Shown: positions 42,301 to 50,132 of the stretch, one piece after another
Layout of the letters: each line of letters starts with the position of its first letter
Numbering within the stretch: the stretch's first letter is position 1
Source: Verrucomicrobiota bacterium
GTDB taxonomy: Bacteria; Verrucomicrobiota; Verrucomicrobiia; Limisphaerales; SIBE01
Direction: 5' to 3'
DNA length: 64,000 bases
NCBI GenBank assembly: GCA_016209525.1
Contig: JACQWK010000220.1
Coordinates: forward strand, 32,842-96,841
Notes under the pieces: generated by a model
Told to the model about the DNA's origin: nothing
Databases searched by the model: none
What the model saw: only the letters and a program-made list of their open reading frames with translations
Program-made: the position numbers and the translations under genes

Positions 42301-45241
42301 GAATCCGCGCATCGGTCAACGGACCGTCATTGAAAAAAGCCCGGTGCACGCGGTCGGCGAAAAGCAGTTTGAACTCCGGCGATTTCTTCAGTGAATTGAA
42401 CATCGCCTGGTAATCCGTTGTGCCCCACGGCGGGCTCAAACTCGAAAGGGTCGTGGCGATGGTGTCGTAGCTCACCGAGTGCGCGGTGAAGGCGAACTCG
42501 GCGTCCCAAGGATAAAAGCGGAATTTCGCGCCGAGTTTCCTTTCACGCGCGGCCCGCGTGTTGTTGTGCGGCCAATCATCGTCGTCCGCCCAGATCAGCG
42601 GCAGCAGGTAATCGACGAAATTGGCGAGGTCCATCCGGGCGGCGACCTCGAGGTAGTTCGTGCGAATGGTCAGATCCTTGCGGACGGCCGTGCGCAGTTG
42701 GCTCCACGCCGTGGCGTCGCCTCGGATGGCCTGATTGCCCGGCCCGATCACATCCCAAAGCTTTCCGCCGCCGTGGTACGCCTGGAGAAAATCGTCATCG
42801 ACCCGTTCGGTCGGATTGTACAACCCTTTATAGACGCCGTTGAGGAAAAGATAAACGAACGTGCCGTGGCAGGCGGCGAGGCCCACGTCCAAGCTCAGGG
42901 CGCGAACGAACTCGTCTTTGATGAACGGATTGGTGTGATCGTTCATGCCGGCGCGGAGGTGCAGCGTGTTGTAGGAATCCAGCGTCGATTCGGGGAAGAT
43001 CGGATAGTTCAGGCGACCCGGTCCGTACTCGCCCCGGAAATAAAGGCGGAAGGAGTATTTGTTCTGAGGCGGGCTGCCGCCGCGGTAAGTGTAGAGCCCG
43101 CGGATGTAATCGCCGCCGGCCACGCGGATTCCGGCGTCGAGCTGGAAGCCGCCGTTGTCCTCAGGCCGAATCCACTCGACCGAGACAGGCCTTTCCCAGG
43201 CGGCGCCGTGTTTGGTCGTGTTGCGCGGGCTGTACTCCATGATCCCGGTGCGGCCATACAGATTGTTGGTGGCCGTGACGAGCGAGAGAACGGGCAACAG
43301 ACGGCGGTTGTTCGCGAGGTTCATCAAGTAGGAATGCGTTCGTACGCCGGAAGGGAGTTTTTGAGAAGCGAATGCGGCGGCACGAACAATCCGTGTCGTC
43401 GCGATCGGAATCGGGGACACATACGCAACACCATTGGTTGGCGTGGGAGGACTGCCATCCAACGTGTAGCGAATTTCCGATCCGGGAGTGCGGCAGGCCA
43501 GGCTGAGGTTGAATGGGGCATTGAAGAATCCCCGCTCCACGCTGAAATGAACTTCATCGACTTTGCTGGTAATGGAACTGACGCTGTTCGCCGCGCCGGG
43601 CGTAGCTTCCGCAAAAGAACCCCAGACAGCCGGCGCATTCCCAGTTTGCCGGCCATACGAGTGATTGGGCGACTGTTCCGGATAAGCGAGCACGTCAACG
43701 AGAACTCTAGGCAACTCCGGGCCGAAGAGTTGCAGGGTGTCGCCGTTCGGGTTCAACTTGAAATTGGTGTGCAACCGCTGGCCAGGCGCCGGCTCGCGCC
43801 GGTCCTTGCCCGAAGCCCAGATCACGAGGTACCCCCCGGCCGGGATGCTCGCAGGCGGGAAAACCCATTGGCCTTCTTCCTCGCGATCCACACTGAGCGA
43901 CCAGCCTCCGAGATCAACCGGCTGCGAACCTCGGTTGTGCAATTCGATCCAGTCTTCGGGGTCTCGCTCTTCATCCGTGATTCCGGTCTGGTTCTCCGCC
44001 AGGATCTCATTGATGACGACGCTCGGGGCGGGTTGGCCGGGATCGACGCGATATTTCCACGGAAAGCCGGCGAACGCGACCGGTACCGCTTCGTCGGTCA
44101 CGATCCCGTGCCCCGGAGTCCACGACACGGTAACCTCAGCGGAAGGCGCTGAGGGAAACGCAAATCGGTACGGCCCCGCGCCCACACCGACGACCTGCGT
44201 GGCCGCAACGCTGTTCAGGCGAAGATCCGCGGCATCGACCCCATCGACAGGCCGGCTGAAACTGACCTCGACCTCCGCCAATCGCCGCAAGGTAGTGCCA
44301 GGGACAGGAAGGACGTTGGTGACGTTCGGCCCGGCGAGGTTGATCAACTGGTAAGCCCAAGTCGATCCGGGCACGCCGGCGTCGAAGCGCAAAGGCGGAT
44401 TGCCCAAATCCACAACGGTATGAAGCGGGCCCCAGGAAACATCCACCGGGCCAAACGGTGGTTGCGGGAAGGTGAACGTGTAACTGGCGCTCGCGCCGAC
44501 GACATTTTCCGCCGGGACGCCGTTGAGCAGGAAATCTCCTGGGCGAACGCCCGTCACCGATTCGTTGAAGGTCACGGAAATCGCCTTGAGTTCGCTGACG
44601 AAGCCCGGCGCCGGAGACACGCCAGTAATGAACGGCGGGGCGGGCATGTTTTCGGTCGAGGTCAACTCCAAATCGAAAACCAGGTCCGGACTGGCCGGCG
44701 TCACGTTGAGAACGAGCACCGCAATTGTGTTCTCACCCGCGACGAGATTTTTGGACGAGTCGGGCAAATCAAAGATCGCTTCGAACGGTTCGGTCGCCAC
44801 CGTGGCCACGCTGGTTCGTGTCAAACCCGAGTCACTGGCCGGCGCATTGGTGGCCGCCACGCGAACGCCGTTGATCCAAGCGATGAAGCCGTCATCGACC
44901 ACTGCCCGGAGCTGCAACGTGGCGATGGCCGTGGGATCCGGGATGCTCACGGTCTGCCTCAGATAGAGCGTCGTGTAACTGCCCTGCATGCCCGTCAAGT
45001 CCGTGCCGCGAAAGCTAGGTTCCCCGTAAGCGAACGGGGCGTTGCCGCGTTCCCACGAAGCATCGTTAAAACCGCGTTGGCGCCAAGCGGTAGCATCGGT
45101 CGGCGATGGATCAGCCGTTCCCTTGAAAAACTTCCACGACGCGCCGAGCGAAACGAGCGTGCCGGCATCCGCGGTCGAAAGCGGGCTGAAGAGAAACACC
45201 ACCGGGGCGAGGCATCGAAGAGCAGCAAGAATTGAGCACAT
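39389..45241 (-). CDS. Giant secreted LTD / CotH kinase-family protein (1950 aa), paralogue of 12500..17110
   Basis: Signal peptide MCSILAALRCLAPVVFLFSPLSTADA. N-terminal jelly-roll-like module (GASWKFFKG..FNDASWERGNAPFAYG..DDGFIAWINGV). Ig-like repeats, six LTD cores (INEILAEN, ITEIMYH, INELQPG, INEFLAN, ISEFLAR, LNEWMAA) and CotH core (LPVLSLVTATNN..NKYSFRLYFRGEYG..VYKGLYNPTERVDD). TSP3-like DADQDGIDNAWE/DADQDGMSNLAE and a terminal ..ARFYRIVVLP. Confidence 0.88.
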   Translation of the reverse strand: MCSILAALRCLAPVVFLFSPLSTADAGTLVSLGASWKFFKGTADPSPTDATAWRQRGFNDASWERGNAPFAYGEPSFRGTDLTGMQGSYTTLYLRQTVSIPDPTAIATLQLRAVVDDGFIAWINGVRVAATNAPASDSGLTRTSVATVATEPFEAIFDLPDSSKNLVAGENTIAVLVLNVTPASPDLVFDLELTSTENMPAPPFITGVSPAPGFVSELKAISVTFNESVTGVRPGDFLLNGVPAENVVGASASYTFTFPQPPFGPVDVSWGPLHTVVDLGNPPLRFDAGVPGSTWAYQLINLAGPNVTNVLPVPGTTLRRLAEVEVSFSRPVDGVDAADLRLNSVAATQVVGVGAGPYRFAFPSAPSAEVTVSWTPGHGIVTDEAVPVAFAGFPWKYRVDPGQPAPSVVINEILAENQTGITDEERDPEDWIELHNRGSQPVDLGGWSLSVDREEEGQWVFPPASIPAGGYLVIWASGKDRREPAPGQRLHTNFKLNPNGDTLQLFGPELPRVLVDVLAYPEQSPNHSYGRQTGNAPAVWGSFAEATPGAANSVSSITSKVDEVHFSVERGFFNAPFNLSLACRTPGSEIRYTLDGSPPTPTNGVAYVSPIPIATTRIVRAAAFASQKLPSGVRTHSYLMNLANNRRLLPVLSLVTATNNLYGRTGIMEYSPRNTTKHGAAWERPVSVEWIRPEDNGGFQLDAGIRVAGGDYIRGLYTYRGGSPPQNKYSFRLYFRGEYGPGRLNYPIFPESTLDSYNTLHLRAGMNDHTNPFIKDEFVRALSLDVGLAACHGTFVYLFLNGVYKGLYNPTERVDDDFLQAYHGGGKLWDVIGPGNQAIRGDATAWSQLRTAVRKDLTIRTNYLEVAARMDLANFVDYLLPLIWADDDDWPHNNTRAARERKLGAKFRFYPWDAEFAFTAHSVSYDTIATTLSSLSPPWGTTDYQAMFNSLKKSPEFKLLFADRVHRAFFNDGPLTDARIRARYNVMKAQVAPSISGFNDVIGSWITGRRRYVTNAFQKAGFLASSNAPVASQFGGHVPAGYQLSLQNLTGEILHTTNGTDPRVAFTWARSTAALAYRAPLTVSGPLHLTARSLAGTNWSAVIDLDFETTQPGNPVRITEIMYHPPGGEAYEYVELENTGGLPVDLSGCSFAGIAFRFPAPFPELAPGAKIVVANDARPADFQRRYPNVSAAGWFSGSLDNNGERIELLDSSGRVITSADYRASGFWPTAADGTGASLEVVDAQREPDDPSNWKASLPGGSPSAPNSSPAPPLIRINELQPGTDRDWLELYNAGASAVQLSGWSLSDNSDPRQFVVPSGTWIPAEGFLRIDCGGGSESGRLKASFNLNRDGETIALFDPLTNRADVAWYGPVADGYTAGRVEGRWALCDPTPEGPNEAATLGPLTGVKINEFLANPDGGDDWIELHNSGSLAVALQGCAVATSNALARIASPAFIGAGGFIVLRADENPGPDHVDLKLPASSGMIALLAPNGEELDRVTYGPQATDITFGRIPDGSGAFQPLLFSATRGASNYLAELGTRLRISEFLARSAPGPDWVEIENVSGAAISLAGYSVGVDAPGAPLLRWPFRLDAQLGASERTLVYFGSMPMDFAPQPYSHAFPTSLHDDASVLTLRDSRDRIIDRVEYGLQVANRSLGRVNLQWVLLSAPTPGQANGPLAALDPGNGLRLNEWMAAGGGTNDFVELYNPAALPVSLERWVLTDDPSIRGATNNRIPALTFIDAGAFVRFHTDGAPTRGPQHTPFQLDRFGETIRLLNPSSQIIDAVDFIVQLDGVSEGRYPDGAPQIVRFPGTPTPAAPNLIAPGDADQDGIDNAWETRHGFDPTSPADAAGDADQDGMSNLAEFVSGTNPRDASSRFRVEAMMVNGGSLSIRFSAQPGRAYRVEFSDEIAPPAWRLLESVTGSSEAREAVVRDAVPINQRPARFYRIVVLP

Positions 45242-45587
45242 GTGTTGCCCGGAAGTTGAGCAGGATTCAAGTCGCGGTGGAAGCTCGCAGTGGGCAATGG
45301 GGTCGGTTCTTGACTTTTAATCCGGTCGCCTTCAGAGCCTGGTCCGAATCCACGAACCGAGAGGCTTGGCTCTGCGCGCTCGGCGCGACTCCAAGGACGA
45401 ACGGTGTCAGGATCAAAAGTCAAGGACTGACCCCTAGGCGGATTGTCAACAACCTGCCAACACTCGGTCGATAACTTCCAACAACTCTGACTTTCTTGAG
45501 CCGGTCCGTCGCGGGATAAAAGGGCCATGAATGACCTATTCTCTGAGGAACGATTCAAGGCCCTCCTTGCGACGGCGGAGGTCTGAC

Positions 45588-46730
45588 ATGAGCGAATACC
45601 AATACTACGAATTCCAGGCCATCGACCGCCGCCTTGGCGAAAAAGAAATGCAGGAGTTGCGTGGCTATTCCTCGCGGGCCCGCATCACAGCAACCAGTTT
45701 CGTCAACGAATACTCCTTCGGCAGCTTCAAAGGAAACGCCGACGTCTGGATGGAGAAGTATTTCGACGGCTACCTCTACAGCGCGAACTGGGGGACTCAC
45801 GTCCTCCAGCTTCGTCTGCCCGCCAAGTTGCTGTCCGCAGAAACAGCGCAACTCTATTGCCAGGACGATCCGGCTTCCGTCCGAGAGAAGTCCGGCAATG
45901 TCATCTTGACGTTTAGGTCCGAGGAAGAAGGCGGAGGCGAATGGGTCGATGCCGACGGCCTTCTCTCGTCGATCCTTCCCATCCGCGACGATCTCGCCCG
46001 GGGCGATCTCCGAAGCCTGTATCTGGCCTGGTTGTTGTGCGTCCAGGAAGGCGATCTGGACGACGACCACCTGGAACCGCCTGTGCCCGCCAACCTGGGC
46101 GAATTGTCCGGCCCGCTCTCAAGCCTCGCCGAATTCCTCCGAATCGATTCAGACCTGCTGGACGTCGCCGAGGAGGCAAGTCCCAGGATAAGATCGGATT
46201 CGTCCGATCGAAGGGAGATGTCGGATTGGGTGGCGTCGCTTCCCGCGAAAGAAAAGGATGAGCTGCTTCTCCGGCTCATGGACGGCGGGGACGCACACCT
46301 CGGAACGGAGCTTTGTTCTCGCTTTCGCCGAACTCGGTCGGGGCGCTCGCCTGTTGCCGAATCTCCGCGCCGCACGGTGGCGGCGCTTCGGTCCGCCGCC
46401 GAGGATCGGGAGTTGACTCGACGGGACGAAGCAGCCCGGAAAGTGGCCGAAGAATTCGCCAGCCGCAAACGGGAAGCGGCTCTCGTCCGCGAGAGGCATT
46501 TAGACGCCGTCGCGGGTCGGGTGCCGGAACTATGGAAGACCGTGGACGACCTCATCGCGACCAAGCTGCCGAAAAACTATGATGCGGCGGTCCTGCATCT
46601 CGTGGACCTGCGCGATCTGGCCACTCGACACGGGACGCAAGCTGATTTTGCTGAGAGGATCGCCGCCGTTCGCGACGCTCAGAGCCGCAAACCATCATTC
46701 ATTGACCGGCTCAACCGGATCGGATTGTGA
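45588..46730 (+). CDS. Uncharacterised protein A (conserved YQYYEF N-terminal module plus helical C-terminal domain)
   Basis: ATG 45588 is preceded by GGCGGAGG. Reads MSEYQYYEFQAIDRRLGEKEMQELRGYSSRARITATSFVNEYSFGSFKGNADVWMEKYFDGYLYSANWGTH.., then ..LRSLYLAWLL..EPPVPANLGELSGPLSSLAEFLRID.., and a C-terminal ..YDAAVLHLVDLRDLATRHGTQADFAERIAAVRDAQSRKPSFIDRL. No catalytic motif seen. Confidence 0.75.
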   Translation: MSEYQYYEFQAIDRRLGEKEMQELRGYSSRARITATSFVNEYSFGSFKGNADVWMEKYFDGYLYSANWGTHVLQLRLPAKLLSAETAQLYCQDDPASVREKSGNVILTFRSEEEGGGEWVDADGLLSSILPIRDDLARGDLRSLYLAWLLCVQEGDLDDDHLEPPVPANLGELSGPLSSLAEFLRIDSDLLDVAEEASPRIRSDSSDRREMSDWVASLPAKEKDELLLRLMDGGDAHLGTELCSRFRRTRSGRSPVAESPRRTVAALRSAAEDRELTRRDEAARKVAEEFASRKREAALVRERHLDAVAGRVPELWKTVDDLIATKLPKNYDAAVLHLVDLRDLATRHGTQADFAERIAAVRDAQSRKPSFIDRLNRIGL

Positions 46731-46957
46731 CTCCTGATGTTGCATAGGCCGCCAACATCCCCTGCCCATGAACCGCGGAGCGCCGGTCCCCGATCCGGCG
46801 TGATTCTCTGCCTCATGTCAGACCTCAGAAAAATAAAAGATTCAGGCCGGGGAAGGTGGTCGATTCCGTTCCCCAATTTCTCTGTTCTCTCCGTTGCCTC
46901 ATGTTCGGAAAACAGGAGCAAACGGAGGAAGCGGAGAGGGCTAATTGTGCGCTTGTC

Positions 46958-48367
46958 ATGACGAAGCAAGAAATGCTCAACACGATGTGCCTGGTTGAAT
47001 TGAGTCAGGCTGACGTCAAAGCGATTGGCCGATGCCGTGGATTCGAGGCCGAGGTCGTCGCATCCCGCGCTTTGCTGCAACACGTCTTTCTCTCAGAACA
47101 AGGAGTGCGCGAAGCGCTGGCGTCGCTTACCGAAATGGAGATTCTCGGTCTGCACCTGTTGAATCACCGTGCCGAGGCCGTCGGAGTGGAATTCTTCAAG
47201 CGCGTTTATCCCGGTTCAGTGACCCACGACCTTTATCTCAGCCACACGGCGCGCTACAAAGGCCTTCTCCAACTGGTCAAAACAAACCTGGTCCGGCGCG
47301 GCGTGCTCGTGTTCTGCGCCCTGCCGCAGAGGCTGGACAAGACGTCGGCATCGGAGCGGCTGCGATTTTGCTTCCCCGACGAATTCAGCCCGTTCTTGCC
47401 CACGCCGTTTCAGCCGCGCCGCTTGGCCGCGGCTGTGTCGAGGCAATATCGGAAGACCGTGGTGCCAGAGAAGCTGGCCGAGATTCTCGAACTGGAGCGT
47501 GCGCCGGTGGGCAAACCGTCCGGGCGGGAAGAGGCCCGCTGGCGGCTGGCCAACGGGGAATTGCTGTTCGGCGGGAAACCCTTCGCCGTCGAACGATTCA
47601 AAGCCTGGCCAGCAACTCAGCTTGCAGAAAGCTATCCCGGCGCCGGCAAAGAACAGGCCGAGGGGTTTCGGCCCGTCTCCCTGCTCCTCTACGCGCTGTT
47701 CCGTCTTGGGGAAAACGAATGGTTGGCGCCCGGCGATCTGTTGCCGATCTGGAAATTGGGATTGCCGGGCGGCAAAGCACCGGAGCCGCGAACGGTCTGC
47801 GAAGCGGGTTTCGATTGCGGGTTGCTGGAAAAAGTCGAAGAGGACGGGACGAGTCTTTACCGCTGGCGCGGGCTGGTCGAAACCGCGCCGGACGCGCCTC
47901 CGGATGATTTTCTGGAGGTTCAGAATCCGGACGAAATTCGAATCGATTTGGCGCGCGTTCCCTTGGAGGGTTTGGAGCGGCTGAACGAGGTTGCACGGCT
48001 TCGAGTTGCGGAGGGCAGTCTGTGGGCCGCTCCGAGTCTCCTGAAAATCAGCCATGCGCCGGCTGCGACGCTGCAGGCCCCGATCTTTCGCTGGTTGCAG
48101 GAGAATCATGCGGCTTTCAGAGCCGTGGTGGACAAGATCGAACAGAAGCGCGGTCACCTGATCGTTCACGAGAACCTCGCCGTGGCGAAGGTGAACGATC
48201 CGGCACTGCGAGTCATGCTGGAAAAGGAATTCGGGACGCCCGGCCAACTGGTGGCGCTCTCGAGTGGCTATATTGCGTTTCCTAGCGGACTCCTGCCGCA
48301 GGTTCAGTCCTGGATGAAAAAGTCCGGCCACGTCATCAAGACCGTTTCCGCCCATGACACCGATTAA
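46958..48367 (+). CDS. Uncharacterised protein B with helicase-associated-like C-terminal module
   Basis: ORF 46856..48367; candidate starts are ATG 46901 and 46958. C-terminus reads ..FLEVQNPDEIRIDLARVP..GHLIVHENLAVAKVNDPALRVMLEKEF..FPSGLLPQVQSWMKKSGHVIKTV. Paralogous to C/D. Confidence 0.7.
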   Translation: MTKQEMLNTMCLVELSQADVKAIGRCRGFEAEVVASRALLQHVFLSEQGVREALASLTEMEILGLHLLNHRAEAVGVEFFKRVYPGSVTHDLYLSHTARYKGLLQLVKTNLVRRGVLVFCALPQRLDKTSASERLRFCFPDEFSPFLPTPFQPRRLAAAVSRQYRKTVVPEKLAEILELERAPVGKPSGREEARWRLANGELLFGGKPFAVERFKAWPATQLAESYPGAGKEQAEGFRPVSLLLYALFRLGENEWLAPGDLLPIWKLGLPGGKAPEPRTVCEAGFDCGLLEKVEEDGTSLYRWRGLVETAPDAPPDDFLEVQNPDEIRIDLARVPLEGLERLNEVARLRVAEGSLWAAPSLLKISHAPAATLQAPIFRWLQENHAAFRAVVDKIEQKRGHLIVHENLAVAKVNDPALRVMLEKEFGTPGQLVALSSGYIAFPSGLLPQVQSWMKKSGHVIKTVSAHDTD

Positions 48368-49622
48368 CCTCGCAGAAGCCGAAATAACGGACCTGGAAGT
48401 CGTCGCCAATGCTGCCGACTTGCGGCAAGACATCCATGTTTTCGTGGATTACGCGCGAAGCCATGAAATCAAGCGCGGGCATCGCGACAACCAAATCCCG
48501 CTCGCGCACCGGCAACGCCTCGCCAAGCTCATGAGCGATCCGAACTCGGCGGCGCACTCCGATGAAGACGGCTTTTCACCCTGGATCGAACACGTGGACT
48601 CGGTGTGCTTGGCGCTTGGACTCGTCCGCTATGAGACCGAGGGAATTTATGTCGGATACACCAGTTCGAGTCCTTCGTTCCCGGATAATTACGTCAAGTG
48701 CAGCGGGGACGTGCACGAAGAATTTCTCGGCCTTTCGCTTCAAGAACAAGAGGAACGCATTCTGAACGTTCACCTCAAGGACGGCAACGCCGGGGCCAGC
48801 GAGTTCTTCAGCCGGAGCCCTTTGAGCCAACTGGACCGTTTTGACGCGTGGGGTTCCGCCACCGGCGTGGTCCCTACCATTCAGTTTCTCAAGGTCCGGC
48901 GGCACCTGTTGGATTTGCTGGCGCAGTGCCCGATCGGAGTCTGGTTTAGCACGAAGTCGCTGATCGAGCATCTCCGGCGGCACGACCCGTGGTTTCTGAT
49001 CCCGGAACGGGTCCCCGCCGCCGTGCAAGCACGGGGGATGCACGCGGACCGCTACGCCAATTTCATCGAGCGAAAACGCGGCGACTGGGGAAATCGCAAT
49101 CCGATTTCCGACCGCGACCCGGAAGGATTCGTGAAGGTGGAAGGGCGGTATGTCGAACGTTTCTTGGAGGGAATCCCACTGGTCCTCGGCTACACCGAGG
49201 TGGCCTACGCCAGGCGGAAGATCGAAAGCGAGATCGAGCCGTCCCGAGGCTTGCTCCGCGCTTTCCGAATCACGGAACGATTGCAACCCGCGATGCGGCA
49301 GCGGATCGCGGCCCCCAAAGTCACCGTGCTGCCCAATTTCGAGGTCCACGTCGAATCGCCGTTCTTCCCGGCGAAAACCGAAGCGCAATTGCTTCCGTTG
49401 GGCGAGTTGGCGCAACGCGGCATCGTCACCGTTTTCAGATTGACCAAGCCGAAGGTGGCGGCGTTCATGGCGGCCAATCCTAAGGTGAGCGCCATTGGCA
49501 CCCTCCAGGAACTCTCCGGACGCCATCTCCCCTCCAATGTGGAGCAGGAGTTGACCGACTGGGCTGGGCATTCGGAAAAATTCATCCTGTATGAAGGGTT
49601 TGGTCTGCTTGAGGGGCTATAG
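48354..49622 (+). CDS. Uncharacterised protein C (paralogue of B), ends at an in-frame TAG inside the shared C-terminal module
   Basis: ATG 48354 overlaps the 3' end of gene B by 14 nt. C-terminus reads ..VTVLPNFEVHVESPFFP..VFRLTKPKVAAFMAAN..LPSNVEQELTDWAGHSEKFILYEGFGLLEGL*. Confidence 0.7.
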   Translation: MTPINLAEAEITDLEVVANAADLRQDIHVFVDYARSHEIKRGHRDNQIPLAHRQRLAKLMSDPNSAAHSDEDGFSPWIEHVDSVCLALGLVRYETEGIYVGYTSSSPSFPDNYVKCSGDVHEEFLGLSLQEQEERILNVHLKDGNAGASEFFSRSPLSQLDRFDAWGSATGVVPTIQFLKVRRHLLDLLAQCPIGVWFSTKSLIEHLRRHDPWFLIPERVPAAVQARGMHADRYANFIERKRGDWGNRNPISDRDPEGFVKVEGRYVERFLEGIPLVLGYTEVAYARRKIESEIEPSRGLLRAFRITERLQPAMRQRIAAPKVTVLPNFEVHVESPFFPAKTEAQLLPLGELAQRGIVTVFRLTKPKVAAFMAANPKVSAIGTLQELSGRHLPSNVEQELTDWAGHSEKFILYEGFGLLEGL

Positions 49623-49646
49623 GAGGAATCCGGCGCGAACCGCATC

Positions 49647-50054
49647 GTGGTCGAGACGATTTCCCCAGAGTTCGCTCTCGTGCGTACACCGGAGAAGCTT
49701 TACCAACAACTGGAAGCAGCCGAGCAGGTGCCGCTCAGGATTCGTCACTCGGAAAACGCCTTGGCAGCGCCGCCAGATGTGCGGAGCCGTGTGGCGCCCA
49801 GCGCTACGCCGCCTCGCGCTGCCGCCAAAAAGCCGGCCAAAGTCCGGCGAAGCGTTGAGACCACGCTCTGGTTCTCCGACGCAGAAGCCCACGCCGCATT
49901 CAGCAAGCTGCTGCTCGATGCCAAATGCGTGGTTCCAACCGATTCGCACGCCCTCACCGTCAGCTACCCAAGGAAAGCGGAACCGCTAGTCAAAGAGTGT
50001 CTGAAAGAACTCAACGAACAGTTTGCGGTGGCAGTGGAAGATATCGAGAAATGA
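49647..50054 (+). CDS. Uncharacterised protein D; same frame as C and probably its severed C-terminus
   Basis: GTG 49647 is in frame with C, separated only by TAG plus 8 sense codons. It continues the module (VETISPEFALVRTPEKLYQQLEAAEQVPLRI), followed by a basic linker (AAKKPAKVRR) and a small terminal domain. Confidence 0.5.
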   Translation: MVETISPEFALVRTPEKLYQQLEAAEQVPLRIRHSENALAAPPDVRSRVAPSATPPRAAAKKPAKVRRSVETTLWFSDAEAHAAFSKLLLDAKCVVPTDSHALTVSYPRKAEPLVKECLKELNEQFAVAVEDIEK

Positions 50055-50132
50055 CCTCAGCAAATCTTCGCCGCCGCTTCCCTGCGTGAGCGGAACGAGC
50101 TAATGAGATCTCGTCTGTCCCTAGACTCGTGG

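Noticed and set aside
42479-44152. 557-aa plus-strand ORF. Similar long antisense ORFs occur at 14075-15274 (-), 34382-35680 (-), 47216-48433 (-), 48576-49571 (-), 17520-18287 (+), 25318-26157 (-) and 32910-33857 (+).
   Set aside because: Each lies opposite a gene with strong family motifs or a better coding pattern. All are treated as GC-rich shadow frames.
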